The notes beneath the pieces are model-generated. The model saw only the letters and a list, made by a program, of their open reading frames with translations, made no database searches and was not told where the DNA came from. The translations under genes and the position numbers were made by a program. This document shows positions 36,033-45,002 of a DNA stretch of 51,432 nt, piece by piece (position 1 is the first letter of the stretch; every line of letters begins with the position of its first letter). Origin of the DNA: an uncultured Porphyrobacter sp. (GTDB lineage Bacteria > Pseudomonadota > Alphaproteobacteria > Sphingomonadales > Sphingomonadaceae); NCBI GenBank assembly GCA_964543735.1, contig CAZJAG010000003.1, forward strand, positions 1 to 51,432. Reading direction: 5' to 3'.

Positions 36033-37150
36033 AAGACCACCATTTCAGCTTGCAATGCGCCCGCCTGCTTGAGCGATTCCAAAATCACCACCAGATCAGC
36101 TGCGCCAACGCCCAGCAGATTGAGTGCATCGACCAGCTCGTTGAGCGAGGCTGCCCCCGGCATCAGCGCGACATTAGCGCTTTCCTGTGTGACAGTGATC
36201 TCGCTCGCTTCTTCAACCGCAGTAACGCCGTCTGTGAAAGGTTCTGGCTGGACAATGCGCGGGCTTTCATCAATCCGGATCGTCAGCTTGCCATGGCTGA
36301 TTGCAGCGGGCGAGAGCCGCACCGACTGGTTGATCACCACCGTTCCCGTGCGGCTGTTCACAATCACTCGTGCGCGTTGGGGAGCAGGGGTAACGGGCAG
36401 CATTTCGACATTGGCCAGCATCGCAGCTCGGCTGTCCGGCGTTGGGGGCAAATCAACTTCGATGCTGACCCCGTCAACAATCCGCGCGGATGCGGGATAG
36501 ATATCATTGATCGCATTGCGAACGCGCTTGGCCGTCAGAAAATCGGCCTGATGCAGATTGAAGCGAACGCTGTCGCCGCTATCGAAACCGCTGGCAACTT
36601 CGCGCTCGACAGAGGCACCATCGGGGATGCGGCCAACGGTTGCGACATTGACAGTGAGCTGTGAGCCATCCTTGCCGCTAACGCCCAGACCGCCGACCGC
36701 TACATTACCTTGCGCCATGGCGTAAATCTGTCCGTCTGCTCCGTAAAGCGGAGTGAGGATCAGCGCTCCGCCACGCAGGCTTTTCGCGCGGCCCATGGTC
36801 GCAACAGTGATGTCAATCCGCTGTCCCGGCTTTGCAAAGGCGGGCAATTCCGCTGTCACAATCACCGCGGCGGCATTCTTCAATCCGGGCGAGACACCGG
36901 GCGGCAATGGCAGGCCCAGACGGCCCGACACGCCTTTCATCGCTTCGGTCAGATATTGGAAATTGTCATCGCCTGTGCCTTGCAAGCCGACCACCACGCC
37001 ATAGCCTGTCAGCTGGTTGGCACGCTGCCCTTCAAAGGCGCCGATATCGCGCACACGCTCAGCCGCTGCGGTTGCAGGCAGAGACAATGCGACCACTGCC
37101 AGCAAGACCACGATCGCGCGGTGAAGGAAAGACATCGGCAAACCCATCAA
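36029..37150 (-). CDS. flgI: P-ring FlgI
   Basis: NQLTGYGVVVGLQGTGD, SLRGG, LKQAGAL. Confidence 0.96.
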   Translation of the reverse strand: MMGLPMSFLHRAIVVLLAVVALSLPATAAAERVRDIGAFEGQRANQLTGYGVVVGLQGTGDDNFQYLTEAMKGVSGRLGLPLPPGVSPGLKNAAAVIVTAELPAFAKPGQRIDITVATMGRAKSLRGGALILTPLYGADGQIYAMAQGNVAVGGLGVSGKDGSQLTVNVATVGRIPDGASVEREVASGFDSGDSVRFNLHQADFLTAKRVRNAINDIYPASARIVDGVSIEVDLPPTPDSRAAMLANVEMLPVTPAPQRARVIVNSRTGTVVINQSVRLSPAAISHGKLTIRIDESPRIVQPEPFTDGVTAVEEASEITVTQESANVALMPGAASLNELVDALNLLGVGAADLVVILESLKQAGALQAEMVVL

Positions 37151-37842
37151 AACGGCGAGATTTTGTTAAAGAAGCGCGAGAGCCAGCCCGGGCGCGATGC
37201 GGTCTGGATCGCTCCGCGTCCGGTGTAGATGATGCGCGCATTGGCGATCTGGCTTGACGCCACTTGATTATCGCCATTGATATCAGCCAGCCGAACAGTG
37301 CCAGCGAACTGCACCCATTCATCTCCTTGGCTGAGCGACATCTGCTTTTCTCCGACAATTGTAGCAGTTCCATTGGGATGCACCGCCGCGATGGTCACAG
37401 CGATGGTGCCATTAAGGGAGCTGCGCTGCGATGCATCTCCTGACCCATTGAACGACCCGGAAGCGGAAGGATTAAGGGCATTGGGGTTGAGGAAGCTCAA
37501 CGGGCCAGCTGTCGGGGGTGTAATGCCGAAAGAGCCAGCCCGGTCGGTATTGGCCGATGTGCTTTTGTTGGTGCGGATCGCCTCGACCAGCACAATTGTG
37601 ACAAGATCGCCAACTGCGCGCGCACGCAGCCCTTGGTGCAAACCAGCATAGCCGGAATTGACTTTGAAGATCGCGCCCTTGCTCGGCAGCAAATCGGGCG
37701 CAGGCATTTGCTGGGGCGGTGGAGGTGCAAAGCCGGGCGCGGGTTTGTTGCCACCCAGACCGCACGCGCCAAGCGAAGCGCAAGCCAGCGCAAGAACCAC
37801 GCCGCGCACGAAAGTTTTTGAATGGGTCATGGGCCGCCTCAC
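37147..37842 (-). CDS. flgH: L-ring lipoprotein FlgH
   Basis: Lipobox LGAC, VGDLVTI, GEKQ, GWLSRFF. Confidence 0.95.
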   Translation of the reverse strand: MRRPMTHSKTFVRGVVLALACASLGACGLGGNKPAPGFAPPPPQQMPAPDLLPSKGAIFKVNSGYAGLHQGLRARAVGDLVTIVLVEAIRTNKSTSANTDRAGSFGITPPTAGPLSFLNPNALNPSASGSFNGSGDASQRSSLNGTIAVTIAAVHPNGTATIVGEKQMSLSQGDEWVQFAGTVRLADINGDNQVASSQIANARIIYTGRGAIQTASRPGWLSRFFNKISPF

Positions 37843-38627
37843 AAGGTCTGGTTCGCGTTCTGGAGCATCTGGTCGACTGCGCTGACCATCCGCGAGTTAA
37901 TCTCGTAAGCGCGCTGCGCCTCGATCATGCCGACCAGTTCCTCGACCACATTGACATTGGACGCCTCAAGCATCCCTTGGCGGATATTGCCGCGCCCGTT
38001 ATCACCGGGCGGGCCAACTTCAGCAGCGCCGCTGGCAGCAGTCTCGAGCAGGAAATTGTCGCCTCTCGCACGCAAGCCTGACGGATTGACGAAGCTGGCA
38101 ATAGTGATCTGGCCAATCTCAACCGCGGCGGCATCTTCGGTTGTCGTCGCGCTGACCGTGCCATCGCGTCCCACTGTGATCGAGGATGCGCCTTCCGGGA
38201 TCTGGATACCGGGCTGCACGGCATAGCCTTGCGCTGTCACCAATTGGCCATCAGCCGAGCGGCTGAAATTGCCAGCCCGCGTGTAGCCCAGCTGGCCACC
38301 GGGCAATTGAACCTCGAAATAGCCATCGCCTTCCATCGCCAGATCGAGCGCATTTCCGGTCGTTGTGAGAGAGCCTTGGGTGTTGATCCGGCTCGTGCCC
38401 ATCACGGACACGCCTGTGCCCAGATTAAGGCCAATCGCATAAGTCGTCTCGCCCGAGGATTGCTGGCCTGCGACCCGCGCATCTTGATAGGCAAGCGTTG
38501 CAAAATCGGGGCGGTCGCGCTTGAAACCGGTCGTCCCGATATTCGCCAGATTGTTGGCTATCACGCGCATCCGCGTGTCTTGCGCGTCCAGCCCTGTGCG
38601 AGCGATATGAAGTGCGGATGTGGGCAT
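37839..38627 (-). CDS. flgG: Distal rod FlgG
   Basis: ANNLAN..TTGFK, YTRAG, LEASNVNVVEELV.MI.AQRAYE. Confidence 0.96.
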   Translation of the reverse strand: MPTSALHIARTGLDAQDTRMRVIANNLANIGTTGFKRDRPDFATLAYQDARVAGQQSSGETTYAIGLNLGTGVSVMGTSRINTQGSLTTTGNALDLAMEGDGYFEVQLPGGQLGYTRAGNFSRSADGQLVTAQGYAVQPGIQIPEGASSITVGRDGTVSATTTEDAAAVEIGQITIASFVNPSGLRARGDNFLLETAASGAAEVGPPGDNGRGNIRQGMLEASNVNVVEELVGMIEAQRAYEINSRMVSAVDQMLQNANQTL

Positions 38628-38654
38628 GTGTCAGTTCCTTCTTGTGAATTTCGA

Positions 38655-39401
38655 TTAGCTGCTGAGCGACATCAGCCGCGCGCTGGATGTATCCAGTTCG
38701 CCAGCCTTCGCGATCAGCTTGGCGCGCGCTTCAAAGGCGCGCTGGGCCTCGATCATTTGTGTGAGAGTTGTGGCGGTATTGACGTTTGATCCTTCCAGCT
38801 TGCCGCTGTCGATTTGGGCAGTGGGATCAACGGGCAAGACCCCGCCGCCGCGCACCCGCAGCAATCCGTCGAGCCCCTTGGCAATCGCGCTGCCTTCAGC
38901 GCTGGCCAGCTTGATCTGGCCGATTTCGAGCGGAGGTTCGCCCTCGCCCGCATCCAGGTCAGCTGCGTAGACTGTGCCATCGCCGCCGAAAGAGACTTTC
39001 GCGCCCGCTGGCACTGTAATCGCGCCGCCCTCGCCCATAACGGGCAGACCATCGCCATTTTGCAGGACACCCGTGGGCGTGATGGTGAGATCGCCGCGCC
39101 GCGAGTAAACTTCGCTGCCATCTGCGGCCTGAAGCGCGATCAGCGCCTCGCCGCGCACAGCAATGTCGAGCGCGCGCCCTGTCGGGATGACAGCGCCCGC
39201 CTGCATATCCGCGCCGCGCACCGCCCCTTGCGCCATTGCACGCACTTCGTGGCTCTCGCCCTTGAGCGTAGCGGGCGTCACTGCAAATTCCTCGGCGCGA
39301 AAGCCCGGCGTTGAGACATTGGCGAGATTGTTCGCCACGGCCCGCTGCCGGTTCATCGCCGCATCCATCGCTGTGAATGCTGTATAGATCAGCCGATCCA
39401 T
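38655..39401 (-). CDS. flgF: Proximal rod FlgF
   Basis: MDRLIYTA, ANNLANVSTPGF, LEGSNV. Confidence 0.93.
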   Translation of the reverse strand: MDRLIYTAFTAMDAAMNRQRAVANNLANVSTPGFRAEEFAVTPATLKGESHEVRAMAQGAVRGADMQAGAVIPTGRALDIAVRGEALIALQAADGSEVYSRRGDLTITPTGVLQNGDGLPVMGEGGAITVPAGAKVSFGGDGTVYAADLDAGEGEPPLEIGQIKLASAEGSAIAKGLDGLLRVRGGGVLPVDPTAQIDSGKLEGSNVNTATTLTQMIEAQRAFEARAKLIAKAGELDTSSARLMSLSS

Positions 39402-39406
39402 CGCGC

Positions 39407-40222
39407 TTAGCTCTGCAGGTTGATCACGGTCTGGGTGATCTGGGTGGAGGTATCAATCGCTCGCGCATTCGCCTGGAAATTGCGCTGCGCTGTGATCAGT
39501 GCGACCATTTCTTCGGCAAGATCGACATTCGAACGCTCAAGCGATCCGGTCAGCATTGTGCCCAGACCTTCATTGCCCGGCGTGCCATATAGGGCGTCTC
39601 CTGACGCGCCGGTTGCGGCCCATTTGGTCTGTCCGATAGAGCGCAGTCCATCAAGCGCTGCAAAGTTCGCCAAGGCAATCCGGCCCACTGCATCACTCGT
39701 GCCATCGGCATAGGATGCGAACATCACACCATTGGCCTCCAGCGTCAGGCCGGTAATCCGCGAGCCTGCACCATTGGTGGTGGGCACGACTGCATCTGCC
39801 GGCGTTGTCGATGTCAAAGCGCCATTTGTATCGGTTGCATAGACCTGCACCGCTTGGCCCGCTGAATCGAGCAGATTGCCGCCCGCATCGAGCTGGAAAT
39901 TGCCATTGCGAGTGAAGGAAAACTCGCCGTTTTCGGTATTGCGAGTGGCGAAAAAGCCATCGCCATTGATCGCAAGATCAAGCGTGCGCCCGGTCTGCTC
40001 AATCGGGCCAAGCTGGAAATTCTGGTCAATCGAAGAAACCGTTGCGCCAATCCCGACCGAAAGGCGCGGATCAAGGCTGGAGCCGCCTGCAATCACATCG
40101 GAAAATTGCGCGGAGGATTTCTTGAAACCCACCGTTTCGGTGTTGGCAATATTATGCGCGATAGTGCGCAAATCAGTCTCGGCATTCTTGAGACCATTAA
40201 GCGAGGTGTAGATCGAACTCAT
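39407..40222 (-). CDS. flgE: Hook protein FlgE (short, 271 aa)
   Basis: NIANTETVGFKKS, DLAINGDGFF, TRNGNF, LERSNVDL..LITAQRNFQAN; lies between flgD and flgF. Confidence 0.88.
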   Translation of the reverse strand: MSSIYTSLNGLKNAETDLRTIAHNIANTETVGFKKSSAQFSDVIAGGSSLDPRLSVGIGATVSSIDQNFQLGPIEQTGRTLDLAINGDGFFATRNTENGEFSFTRNGNFQLDAGGNLLDSAGQAVQVYATDTNGALTSTTPADAVVPTTNGAGSRITGLTLEANGVMFASYADGTSDAVGRIALANFAALDGLRSIGQTKWAATGASGDALYGTPGNEGLGTMLTGSLERSNVDLAEEMVALITAQRNFQANARAIDTSTQITQTVINLQS

Positions 40223-40273
40223 TGTAGAGGTATCCTTTTGGGAGGTTCGGGGAGGAGAGGGTTTGAGGGAGAG

Positions 40274-40612
40274 CTAGGTTGCGTCTGGTTGCTCTTGCTC
40301 CAAAGCAGGAGATTGCGGTTCAGCTTGCATTGCGATCAGCGCATCAAGCCGCCCGACAATCTGCTCCAGCGTGTCATTGGTCGCCGCTGTGTTGGCGAGG
40401 CCAGAAAACTGCGCCATTTGCGCAATCATTTCCTTATTATCGACCGGCTCGAGCGGGTCTTGCTGCTGCAATTGCGTGGTCAGCAGTCGCAGAAAATCGG
40501 CTTGGCCCAGCGCATTGTTGGGGTTGCCCGATTGGTTCGCTGCCGCTGGTTGGTTGATCGCGTTCAGCGTCTGGCGCAGATCGCTATCGATTGGGGAGAT
40601 ATCCATCGTCAT
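40274..40612 (-). CDS. flgD: Hook cap FlgD (N-terminal domain only)
   Basis: DFLRLLTTQLQQQDPLEP..AQMAQFS. Confidence 0.9.
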   Translation of the reverse strand: MTMDISPIDSDLRQTLNAINQPAAANQSGNPNNALGQADFLRLLTTQLQQQDPLEPVDNKEMIAQMAQFSGLANTAATNDTLEQIVGRLDALIAMQAEPQSPALEQEQPDAT

Positions 40613-41022
40613 TTGCTCCTTAAGGTGTCGAGCATCAGCTGCTTGGCAGTCTGCAAGGCTTCGACCAGATTTTGATATTGGCGCGCGCTTTCCATGATCT
40701 CGACCATCTCGGCGCTTTCATTGACGCTCGCTTCCCACACATCGCCATTGTCATCGGCGAGCGGGTGGTCAGGGTCATGGCGTTTGGTGGGCGCGGCATT
40801 GCTCAGCTCGGTTCCGGTCACGCGCACAGTGGAAAGGCCCGATGCGCGATCCAGCTCTGACTGGAAGACAGGGCGCACCGCGCGATACGCTTCCTCTTCG
40901 CTGCGCGCGACAGCGCCTGCATTGGCGAGATTGGAAGCCGCCGTATTCATCCGCACCATCTGGGCAGACATGCCGCGCTGGGCGAGACGGAACAGGTTCA
41001 TCGGTTCAGCAGGCATGATCAC
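40609..41022 (-). CDS. flgC: FlgC
   Basis: ASNLANA, DPDHPLAD, EMVEIM..RQY. Confidence 0.94.
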   Translation of the reverse strand: MIMPAEPMNLFRLAQRGMSAQMVRMNTAASNLANAGAVARSEEEAYRAVRPVFQSELDRASGLSTVRVTGTELSNAAPTKRHDPDHPLADDNGDVWEASVNESAEMVEIMESARQYQNLVEALQTAKQLMLDTLRSK

Positions 41023-41366
41023 TCACCCTTCAGCGCGCGTTTGATATTATCGACCTTGCCCTGCACGAAGCTGAGCGTGGCGCTGTAAGCGATGGCGTTT
41101 TCGGCAAAGGCGATCTGCTCATTGGCGAGCTCGACCGTATTGCCATCCATCGAAGGCATCACAGGCACGCGGTAGAGCGTATTGTCGGCGAGCGTCTTGG
41201 CCTGTGAGGCGCCCGAAGTGCGGTCCGCCAGCGCACTCGCGAAGTCCAGATCGCGCGCCTTGTATCCAGGTGTCGCAGCATTGGCGATATTGCTGGTAAG
41301 CAATCCCATCCTTTGCGAGCGCAGCTCCAATGCCGCGCCATGAATTCCAAAAATCCGCTCGTTCAA
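41019..41366 (-). CDS. flgB: FlgB
   Basis: SNIANAATPGYKARD, DGNTV; probable TTG start after AGGAG. Confidence 0.93.
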   Translation of the reverse strand: MNERIFGIHGAALELRSQRMGLLTSNIANAATPGYKARDLDFASALADRTSGASQAKTLADNTLYRVPVMPSMDGNTVELANEQIAFAENAIAYSATLSFVQGKVDNIKRALKGE

Positions 41367-41409
41367 GGGACAAGGCTCCTGCCGTTTCAATTGCTTGCCC
41401 GCATGTGTT

Positions 41410-41425
41410 TGCAACGCGCGTGCCA
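41410..41425 (-). promoter_or_regulatory. sigma54 promoter of the flgB operon
   Basis: TGGCAC-GCGCG-TTGCA. Confidence 0.82.
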
Positions 41426-41489
41426 ATTGCGCAGCAAGCCCCCAAATCGCGCCAAATCGGCGCATTTTGACAGGCTTTCTGGGCAAGAT

Positions 41490-41527
41490 CGGCAATTCCC
41501 TGCCGGATGGGCGGCAAGCTGCCTCCG
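41490..41527. promoter_or_regulatory. Putative FleQ upstream activating sites
   Basis: CGGCAATTCCCTGCCG at 41490 and CGGCAAGCTGCCTCCG at 41512, 65-100 bp upstream of the sigma54 box. Confidence 0.55.
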
Positions 41528-41587
41528 CTTGATCGCGAAGATGCCGACCGCGCTTAAGCCCCGCCCGGCCCAGCCGTTCTTTTTATC

Positions 41588-42328
41588 ATGAGCGCTTTGG
41601 CCTATCTGATGGATCCGGTTGCAGGATCGATTGTTGTCGGAGGCAGCGCTGCGGCTGCGATGATCAAATGCGGCTGGAGCGCATCGCGGGACACCGGCGC
41701 AGCTGTGCTATCACTGGCCAGACCGCGCTTCGATGCAGCTCGGCAGCGCGCTGCGATTGCGCCTGTCCTGCGCGATATCCAGCAAAGCGGCTTGCTGCGC
41801 GCGGCTGTTCCCAAACTGCCCGATCCGGCGCTGCAATCAGGGCTTGAGGAGATAGTGCACAGGCGCGATCCCCGCGCCTTCCAGCGCAGCCAGTCCATCT
41901 TTCGCGAAACCCGTGTCAATCGCCGTTTCCGCGCAGTCGATACGCTCGATTCCGCGACCGAGCTTGCGCCCGTTCTGGGCCTCGCTGGAACTCTGCTTGC
42001 CTTGAGCCAGCTTGACCCTGACATTCTTGTCAGCCCGCAAGACATGCTTGCCGCGATTTCCGTGGCGATCCTCTCGACACTTTACGGGTTGCTGATGGCG
42101 CACTTTGTCTACAGCCCATTGGCCCGCGCGGTCGAGCGGCGCGGCAAGGCAGAAGAAGAAGCACGCAGCGACGTTAACAGCTGGGTCGATGCGCAAATCG
42201 CGATGCTCGAACCCTTACGCAGACCTTTGCCCGAAGCCGAGCTGGTCATGCCCAGCCCCGCGCATTTGCCGCAATCTTTTACCGAGACGGGCACAGTGGC
42301 TGCGAAAAACAGGGTTGATGCGGGATGA
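41588..42328 (+). CDS. Second MotA/TolQ/ExbB-family channel protein
   Basis: APVLGLAGTLLAL and AILSTLYGLL.A....P. Confidence 0.82.
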   Translation: MSALAYLMDPVAGSIVVGGSAAAAMIKCGWSASRDTGAAVLSLARPRFDAARQRAAIAPVLRDIQQSGLLRAAVPKLPDPALQSGLEEIVHRRDPRAFQRSQSIFRETRVNRRFRAVDTLDSATELAPVLGLAGTLLALSQLDPDILVSPQDMLAAISVAILSTLYGLLMAHFVYSPLARAVERRGKAEEEARSDVNSWVDAQIAMLEPLRRPLPEAELVMPSPAHLPQSFTETGTVAAKNRVDAG

Positions 42329-42729
42329 TCCGCTCCAGTTCGACGCGCTGGGAATTGCTGCTGGCGGATTTGTCGCTGATCTTGTTCATTGTCTCACTGG
42401 CAGGGCTTGCGACTGCCGAGACGCATGCCAATTCTCAAGCAGGGCCGCCCAGTCCATCGGATAATGACGCGCCGAGCCAAGCGATCTACCGCAATGTCGC
42501 TGGCGCGCCGCAATTGGGTGAATGGCTCGATAGCCAGATGCTCGATCCGCGGCTGACGCTGACTATTCGGGTAGAGTATTCCGGCGCATCGAAGGCGGCG
42601 TCATTGGCAAGGGCTGCGGCCATGGCGGGCGAGGCTACGAGGCGCGGATTGCCAGTGCATACGGTGCTGGTTGAGAACGTAGAGGAAAGTGCAATCATGG
42701 CTGAACTGGCGTTTGATCGCAGCCACTAA
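42325..42729 (+). CDS. Short MotB-like partner lacking a recognisable OmpA-like domain
   Basis: RWELLLADLSLILF TM with Asp; coupled to the upstream gene (ATGA overlap). Confidence 0.6.
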   Translation: MIRSSSTRWELLLADLSLILFIVSLAGLATAETHANSQAGPPSPSDNDAPSQAIYRNVAGAPQLGEWLDSQMLDPRLTLTIRVEYSGASKAASLARAAAMAGEATRRGLPVHTVLVENVEESAIMAELAFDRSH

Positions 42730-42764
42730 AGCGCGCTAAGCACAGCCCAGTTGGTCAGCACGCC

Positions 42765-43934
42765 CTAGGCGATCAGCACCCGGTTACGGCCTTCTTTCTT
42801 GGCTCGATAGAGTGCGTCATCAGCGCGTGCCAAAGCCGCGCGAGCATCGCCGTCCGAACCCATTTGTGCAATGCCGGCAGAGAAGGTGATCTGGCCAAAG
42901 GGTTTGCCCGTCTCGCGGTTCATCAACCGCCGACTGGCCAGTTTCGCGCGCGCTCCATCGAGCAGCTCGAACGCTTTCGCACTGTCTGTTTCAGGGAAAA
43001 CAATCGCAAATTCTTCCCCGCCATGGCGCGCAACAAAACATCCGTCGCGTGATGTTGCCGACAGTGCCTCCGCAATCGTCTTGAGAACGCGGTCACCGGC
43101 CTCATGCCCATGCACGTCATTGACCTGCTTGAAATGATCGACATCGGCAAAGGCGATGGACAGCGGTGAACCTTCGGCGAGGGCCTGGTCTGAGTGCTCG
43201 GTCAGATAACGTTCAAAAGCGCGCCGATTGGGCAATCCTGTGAGAAAGTCGAGCTCGGCTTCCGCTTTCGCTTTGGCCAGGCTTTCACGCAAATGCTCAG
43301 CCTCTGCATGATTGCGCTCAATTTCTGCCTCGATCGACCTGAGCTGACCCAGCATAGCGCGCGAAAGATCGATCAGCGATTGCAGCTCTGACGAAGCATC
43401 CTTTCTTGCCCCTTCGCCGATTCCGCCCAGGCGGTCAGACACAGCCTTGTTGTACGCACCCGTCGCTTCACGAGCGTTGCGCGTTGTCGATTGAAACTCT
43501 TCAATCGTCTTTCCCATCAGACCCATCATTTCCTCCATCTGATCAATTCGTTCCTGCTCCTGCTTGCGCTGCGCACAGAACTGGCTGAGCCAGCGCTGGT
43601 CGATCCCTTGACCAGACTTCTCTCTTTGCGCGATGACCTTGGCAGCCTTGGGGTTCTCACCCGAAAGCGCGTCACAGACATGGGCAAGAATGCGCCCTTC
43701 AACTCGTAAGCGGTGGCGCGTCACAAACTCGGCAACGGCCTGCATCAAAGGAGCGCCCGATGCCTTTTGAGTGGCTGCGGATAGCTCTTCCTCAGAAGGG
43801 GACTCGTCTGTGTTTGCGTTTGGATCATGGCGGCGCCGGGCGGGCGCTTTTCCAAACATTGCCGGAGCGCGATGAATGCGCCGTTTTCCGCCTTCTTTAT
43901 ACACGTCAGGCCTTGCCTTCTTCATTGCTGCCAA
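42765..43934 (-). CDS. Diguanylate cyclase (GGDEF domain)
   Basis: DFLTGLPNRRAF, DVDHFKQVND.HGH.AGD, RHGGEEF, ADDALYRAK. Confidence 0.93.
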   Translation of the reverse strand: MAAMKKARPDVYKEGGKRRIHRAPAMFGKAPARRRHDPNANTDESPSEEELSAATQKASGAPLMQAVAEFVTRHRLRVEGRILAHVCDALSGENPKAAKVIAQREKSGQGIDQRWLSQFCAQRKQEQERIDQMEEMMGLMGKTIEEFQSTTRNAREATGAYNKAVSDRLGGIGEGARKDASSELQSLIDLSRAMLGQLRSIEAEIERNHAEAEHLRESLAKAKAEAELDFLTGLPNRRAFERYLTEHSDQALAEGSPLSIAFADVDHFKQVNDVHGHEAGDRVLKTIAEALSATSRDGCFVARHGGEEFAIVFPETDSAKAFELLDGARAKLASRRLMNRETGKPFGQITFSAGIAQMGSDGDARAALARADDALYRAKKEGRNRVLIA

Positions 43935-44025
43935 GATGGCCTAGCGGGCAGAAGTGAGCGATTTGGCGAAACCCCACCCTAGGCAAACTACCTAAGGGGC
44001 CTTGCGGGGGCGAGAGGCCGGATGT

Positions 44026-44041
44026 TGGCACAGCTCTTGCT
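44026..44041 (+). promoter_or_regulatory. sigma54 promoter of flgA
   Basis: TGGCAC-AGCTC-TTGCT. Confidence 0.8.
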
Positions 44042-44089
44042 CAATATGGATGCGAAATATCGAGCCATCCACCATTGGAGCCACCTGCC

Positions 44090-44644
44090 ATGCATCTCTT
44101 GCCTGCCCGCTGCCTGATCGGCCTTGCCTGCGCCGCCATTCCAGCCGCATCGCTCGCGCAATCACCCTATATCGAGCCTGCCGCAATTGACCGCGCGGTG
44201 GAGCGTTTCACTGGCAAAGCCGCTGGTGCGATTGGCGGAGCGCGGCGTGCGGCCGACCCGCGCCTCAAGCTGGCTGCATGTGCCAAACCGCTCGCCGTCA
44301 GCTGGCATGGGACGCCCGGACGCACAGCGAAAGTGGCATGCGCAAACAGCGCGAAGCCTTGGCAGATCTTTGTCGCTGTGAACCCTCAGCCCCGCGCCAG
44401 CAAAGCGCCCGATGCGATCAAACGCGGAGACCAATTGACAGTGGCTGTTCAAGGCGCAGGCTTTTCCATTCGCCGCCCGGCAATTGCCGCCGAGGCAGGT
44501 GCAATTGGCGAATGGATCGCGGTGCGGATGGAGCGCAAGGGCCCTTCGGTCAGCGCGAAGATCATCCGCCCGGGCCTTGCCGCAATCACTTTGGCAAGCG
44601 CCCAATCACCGCGCGCTGCTCAACAATTTTCCGCGCGCCCTTAA
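44090..44644 (+). CDS. flgA: P-ring chaperone FlgA
   Basis: Signal peptide, DPRLKLAAC, IKRGDQL, GAIGEWI. Confidence 0.85.
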   Translation: MHLLPARCLIGLACAAIPAASLAQSPYIEPAAIDRAVERFTGKAAGAIGGARRAADPRLKLAACAKPLAVSWHGTPGRTAKVACANSAKPWQIFVAVNPQPRASKAPDAIKRGDQLTVAVQGAGFSIRRPAIAAEAGAIGEWIAVRMERKGPSVSAKIIRPGLAAITLASAQSPRAAQQFSARP

Positions 44645-44667
44645 ACAGCCTGACGAAGGGCCGTTCT
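44642..44667 (+). promoter_or_regulatory. Putative FliA promoter of flgMN
   Basis: TAAA-N14-GCCGTTCT. Confidence 0.7.
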
Positions 44668-44699
44668 GGTTATTGAAGCCGAGATACAGGATCACGCTC

Positions 44700-45002
44700 A
44701 TGTCGATTGAGAACATTTCAAAACTGCAAGGGAGCGCAGCTGCGCGCGGCCTCTCCAGTCATGCAGGCGCAGCCTCCGCTGGTACAAAGCCTGCCGTGCC
44801 TGCTGCTAAAGCTGGAACAAGCGACGGCGGCATCGCGGTTGAAATTGCCGGTCGTGTCAGCGCGGGCGAGCCGCCTATCGCTTCGGAACGCGTGGCAGAA
44901 ATCCGCAGCGCCTTGCAAGATGGCAGCTATCCGATCATCCCGACCCAAATCGGTGACGCAATGATCGCCGCGCAATTATCGCTTACCGGGGTGAAATCAT
45001 AA
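44700..45002 (+). CDS. flgM: Anti-sigma28 factor FlgM
   Basis: ERVAEIRSALQDGSY....IGDAMI; start ATG 44700. Confidence 0.88.
   Translation: MSIENISKLQGSAAARGLSSHAGAASAGTKPAVPAAKAGTSDGGIAVEIAGRVSAGEPPIASERVAEIRSALQDGSYPIIPTQIGDAMIAAQLSLTGVKS

Noticed and set aside
41588-42729. Zorya (ZorAB) defence system
   Set aside because: No long ZorA tail, no OmpA-like ZorB domain and no ZorC/D/E genes; the context is flagellar.
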